Source of the DNA: Naegleria gruberi
Lineage: Eukaryota
Strand: one strand, 5' to 3'
Assembly: GCA_000004985.1 (NCBI GenBank)
Contig: GG738900.1
DNA: 64,000 bases
This document shows, in pieces, positions 60,656-64,000 of this stretch. The notes under the pieces are model-generated. The model was not told where the DNA came from. It was given only the letters and a program-made list of their open reading frames with translations, and ran no database searches. How positions within the stretch are numbered: position 1 is the first letter of the stretch; each line of letters opens with the position of its first letter. A program made the translations under genes and the position numbers.

Positions 60656-63613
60656 TTAGTCTTGTCTGCAAATACAGAGATCTGGATTGGTTTCAAATCC
60701 TTTAACCTTATCGCAAATTACAGTTTCTCTATTTCTGACTGATTCATCATGATGTTCAACGAGAGAAACACGACGAACAGCAATTAATTTGTCCAGTGTT
60801 CTTTCTGATGTCATTGAATAATCTGCTTCAAAAACGTCATCTGTTTGAGTAGTAAACAAAACAGAAGTGTAGGCGCTTACTGTTCTTCCCTCTGATTCCT
60901 CAGGTAATTGTAAGGTAATTCTGCTAGCTTTGAGGACAGATTTGGATTCAATTGGAAGACAAGTTTCCTTATGTGGTTTTACAATCTTGTTGACATAGGA
61001 TACAGCAGATTTCACAATCGTAGAAACAATAGCAGAGTATGGTTGAGTATTGAAATCAAGCGTTTCATACTTGTTACAAGAACACCATCTTGGATCAACT
61101 CCAGCATGTTTACAGAATCTTGGATTGTGGATTGGCTGTAAGATAGATTTAGCAAGGGCTTCATACTCATCCTTCTCTTCCTTTTCTTCTTGTTCAGTAC
61201 TCACATGATGAATCAAACTATAGTGAGCTGGAAGCTCAACTTGAGGGAAGAGCATAAAATGAGCAAGTGAGGCATAGAGATCGAATGGTGTCACTAATTG
61301 TTGTTGATTACGAGCCAAATTAGTGAAAATATCCTTATGTCTCAATTGTAAATGTTCTGGAACAACTAAATTCAAAAGAGGAAGTTGGTGTTCCTTTTGG
61401 CCTACATCAGTAACATAGAATGGTCCATGTGAAATACCATTACCACTGGAAAGTACAATCAGAGTGTGTGGATGTTCTTTGGTAATATCAACAATGAATC
61501 TAGCCAATGAAATATCAAGAGCATTCATTAATGTACGACTTCTAATATGTTTTGACTCTTCAAAGTGAATAGTGGCAAAACGGGCAGTTCCAGGATACTT
61601 TGCAAAGAAGTCTGTAGTGTAGTCGAACATGTGCTCGAACAAGTCCTTTGATCCTAAACATTTTCTGTTATTTGAAGACTTGAATAAATGCTTTTCACAA
61701 GCTAATGAGAGCAAGTTGTGATCAGCACGATGCCAAGCATTGAAGAGATGTGAAGATGTGTCCATGAGTTTCTTCTTATTTGGATCCTTAACCTTGATGT
61801 AAGGACATTCACTTGATGTGAACATTGTAACGTAACCCAATTGTTTGGCAATATTCCAAATGTTGTGAGTAATTAACTTGCTTGAATCCCCTTCTTTGGC
61901 TCCAATTAAGGTTTCAGTCAAGAGTTTTTGTTGTCTTGCTGGTTCATCCTTTTCAAAGTTTCCAGATGTTTCTTCAAAGTAATTCTTCATAAAGGCAGGA
62001 GAAATCTTTAAGCCATTTTCGAGTGCGAAAATGTTTTCTCTTGAACTATGTCCAACAGTATTGTATCTGAAAAATTGGAAAACTCTATGCTTGCTTGGTT
62101 TTTTAAACATGGTTCGTTTTTGGTCCAATTCAATTTCTTCAAGAACATTAACAGTTCTTGGGAGTTCTCTAATGAAATTACTTCTAGAGGTTCCATCAAG
62201 AATAATATTCAAAATATTAACTGGGTGCATCATTTCGTATTCATATTCAATATTGGCAGCAAATTGATGATATTCATGTTTTGGTTTCTTAGATTGATCC
62301 TTCAAAGTCTTGTCAGTTTCTTCCAATTTTTTAACACGTTTAGTATAGGTTTCTTCTGCAGCTTTCTTAAGCTCAGGATTGAAAGCAACACGAGTTACAA
62401 TATCTCTTGAAGTCTTCTTTGCTTTATCGGAACCCTTGCTGCATTTGGCAACAATAATTTCAGTATCCTTAATTTGATCCTTGGATAATTTGATTACCTT
62501 CTTGGTTGGTTCAAATGTTAAAGAATCCAATTTCTTTTCCTTAATGTTAACAAAGGCACTTGGTGAAGTGGCAGTTCCATCACCATTTGAATCACGACTA
62601 AGAGCTAAGAATGGTTCGGATTTTGCATTTTCACAAAATATGAGAAATTCACTATCACTTCTCTTATTTAAGAGAGCACTAGAAGTACAATCTGGAGCAG
62701 TACTAATTAAAGTAGATGCCCAGTCAATTTGCAAATTTTCACTTTCAGTAATTTTTTCAGCATTAATCACTTCTTCATAATTTTCAGATCCAATCGGTTG
62801 AGTTAAATAGGTGTAAATAGTATTTGCAACCTTCTTGAGTAATTTCCCATTCTTACTTCTGAATGGAACAGGACAATCGGAGAGAGTAACCATTCTCTCA
62901 CCAAACATACCACGCCACATAAACTTTTCAGTTGGTGATGAATAGGTAGTATAATCCTCATGTACAATAGTTGTCTTTGATTCACCTTCTCTGATAACAT
63001 CATTCTCCTCCTTAGATCCTCTACGTGGTGTTCTTCTCTGTTCTGCTCTCTTACTATCATAGGTTTCATTCTGCTCATCATCTTCGGAAGTGTACTTGAG
63101 ATTTTTACTCTTATTCTCCCTTGAACGAACCCTCTCTAAAGCCTGATCATTATTGTTGGTGTATCGGGTTGGGTCATTGTTTTCTCTTCCGTAGCCTTTC
63201 AATTTGGCGCCATTATTGCTATTAAATAATTTACTGTAGACAAGATAACCCAAAACAAATGTAACAATCACAATGGCTAAACATATTAAAATATTGACTA
63301 GAAAACGTTTTTGTTGTTGCTGATTCTTAGGAAGTTTAGGATTGGTATACGTATAGTTTTTAGATGATGTTGTTGTTGTAGGATTGGAGGTTGAGGATGC
63401 TGAGTTGATGTTATTGGAAAATTCATGTCTACCCTCTTCCAATGAATCTGCACTATATGATGAATTAAATACAATTGGAGATGAAGAATTTGGAGTTGTA
63501 ATATTTGCAGTGAAAAGGGATCCACTATTTGGAGAATGTGTTGATGGTGAAGAAGGCGATGATGATCCACCCAGATGATATTTTGTACCTCTGTGATGTG
63601 TTTGGAAACTCAT
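60656..63613 (-). CDS. type II membrane protein with alkaline-phosphatase/sulfatase-like (DUF229-like) domain
   Basis: ATG is at 63613 (MSFQTHHRG...; the track start 63676 is TTG). The TM segment is RFLVNILICLAIVIVTFVLGYLVYS. VNILNIILDGTSRSNFIRELPRT resembles the metal-binding/nucleophile block of the alkaline phosphatase clan, and TVGHSSRENIFAL and VLSSGNGISHGPFY are further candidate blocks. The assignment was made by eye only. Confidence 0.45.
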   Translation of the reverse strand: MSFQTHHRGTKYHLGGSSSPSSPSTHSPNSGSLFTANITTPNSSSPIVFNSSYSADSLEEGRHEFSNNINSASSTSNPTTTTSSKNYTYTNPKLPKNQQQQKRFLVNILICLAIVIVTFVLGYLVYSKLFNSNNGAKLKGYGRENNDPTRYTNNNDQALERVRSRENKSKNLKYTSEDDEQNETYDSKRAEQRRTPRRGSKEENDVIREGESKTTIVHEDYTTYSSPTEKFMWRGMFGERMVTLSDCPVPFRSKNGKLLKKVANTIYTYLTQPIGSENYEEVINAEKITESENLQIDWASTLISTAPDCTSSALLNKRSDSEFLIFCENAKSEPFLALSRDSNGDGTATSPSAFVNIKEKKLDSLTFEPTKKVIKLSKDQIKDTEIIVAKCSKGSDKAKKTSRDIVTRVAFNPELKKAAEETYTKRVKKLEETDKTLKDQSKKPKHEYHQFAANIEYEYEMMHPVNILNIILDGTSRSNFIRELPRTVNVLEEIELDQKRTMFKKPSKHRVFQFFRYNTVGHSSRENIFALENGLKISPAFMKNYFEETSGNFEKDEPARQQKLLTETLIGAKEGDSSKLITHNIWNIAKQLGYVTMFTSSECPYIKVKDPNKKKLMDTSSHLFNAWHRADHNLLSLACEKHLFKSSNNRKCLGSKDLFEHMFDYTTDFFAKYPGTARFATIHFEESKHIRSRTLMNALDISLARFIVDITKEHPHTLIVLSSGNGISHGPFYVTDVGQKEHQLPLLNLVVPEHLQLRHKDIFTNLARNQQQLVTPFDLYASLAHFMLFPQVELPAHYSLIHHVSTEQEEKEEKDEYEALAKSILQPIHNPRFCKHAGVDPRWCSCNKYETLDFNTQPYSAIVSTIVKSAVSYVNKIVKPHKETCLPIESKSVLKASRITLQLPEESEGRTVSAYTSVLFTTQTDDVFEADYSMTSERTLDKLIAVRRVSLVEHHDESVRNRETVICDKVKGFETNPDLCICRQD

Positions 63614-64000
63614 CTTGTTTATATTGTGTGGTATGGTACAACAGAATAATAGGAAAGCTAGAGTCTGTGGTCCCAATTAATATTTGTTAATAATTCAGTC
63701 AGGATAATGACTCTGTTCTGGCGTGGTAACAATCTCTTTTTTTTGTGTAAATGTTTTGATTGACTGGTGATAGGTGCGTTTTTGTCCTTTGTTTTCTTAT
63801 TTACGAAGATGGTTGACAGACTTTATGACGAATGCCAGAGTAGACCATTGGTCAGAGCACGTGTTTCATCTCAATAATTGTGTATTCACATCCTAACTGA
63901 TCATCTCATCTTTTGCAGTTATTGTGTACATTGGAAAATCATTGTAGAATATCTAATCATTGAAAAATCATCAAAGTATCTTGTCAAATGCTTTACAAAT

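Noticed and set aside
7010-63676. N-terminal extensions in the ORF track that begin at TTG/GTG (7010, 10187, 25451, 36682, 38641, 44740, 63676 and others)
   Set aside because: These are eukaryotic nuclear genes. I re-anchored starts at the first plausible ATG or at an upstream spliced exon, and the alternative-start Met residues in the track are a translation convention.

Overview
This window is AT-rich, gene-dense nuclear DNA from a unicellular eukaryote. It comes from a draft assembly with two N gaps (846-914 and 42498-42547). I cannot name the organism. A perfect Zn2Cys6 factor, an RWP-RK-like factor, DUF4116 repeats, NHL/tenascin-EGF surface proteins and very short introns together suggest a protist or early-diverging fungal/amoeboid lineage (inference only). 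I can support about 36 protein-coding genes on both strands. Intergenic spacers are often under 150 bp, and two convergent gene pairs have stop codons only 1 and 4 nt apart. Introns are canonical GT..AG, mostly 36-58 nt, with one of 70 nt and a few of 120-135 nt. Several are hidden inside or between the six-frame ORFs, so I rebuilt exon chains by hand. Many track ORFs start at TTG/GTG, and I moved those starts to the first plausible ATG. Recognisable products: OSTC, RPS20, PP4R3/SMEK, an MDR quinone oxidoreductase, a DUF4116 protein, UBE2T, NECAP, adenylate kinase, UTP7/WDR46, purple acid phosphatase, PARG, a NUDT19-like Nudix ending in SKL, an SDR, an RWP-RK-like factor, a Thg1-like protein, a Vps39/TRAP1-like protein, a Zn2Cys6 factor, a PH+RUN coiled-coil giant, RNase H1, CPSF73, an NDUFB11/ESSS-like protein and an alkaline-phosphatase-fold membrane protein. 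RNA genes: two dispersed 5S rRNA genes, two tRNA-Glu(UUC) copies and one intron-containing tRNA-Thr(UGU). There is nothing prokaryotic here (no operons, CRISPR or IS elements). The observations most worth a second look are listed below.
- A more AT-rich block of about 2 kb (40003-42069) is bracketed by two related CCTGCAGTA-centred hairpins. It carries orphan and start-less ORFs plus a 10-bp phased minisatellite.
- A dispersed repeat of about 220 bp occurs twice, with a nearly invariant 70-nt hairpin-forming core that is not conserved as protein. It is a candidate ncRNA, SINE or regulatory element.
- A mosaic glycine-rich/collagen-like gene is built from phase-2 mini-exons. It has an in-frame TAA in a skippable exon and a 3' frameshift at an A5 run.
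- A circularly permuted inverted repeat lies next to a 5S gene.
- A segmental duplication copied tRNA-Glu together with the 3' end of the oxidoreductase gene.
- A divergent pair of small paralogues carries a Chz1-type CHZ motif.
Several reading-frame breaks may simply be draft-assembly errors, and I flag them as such.
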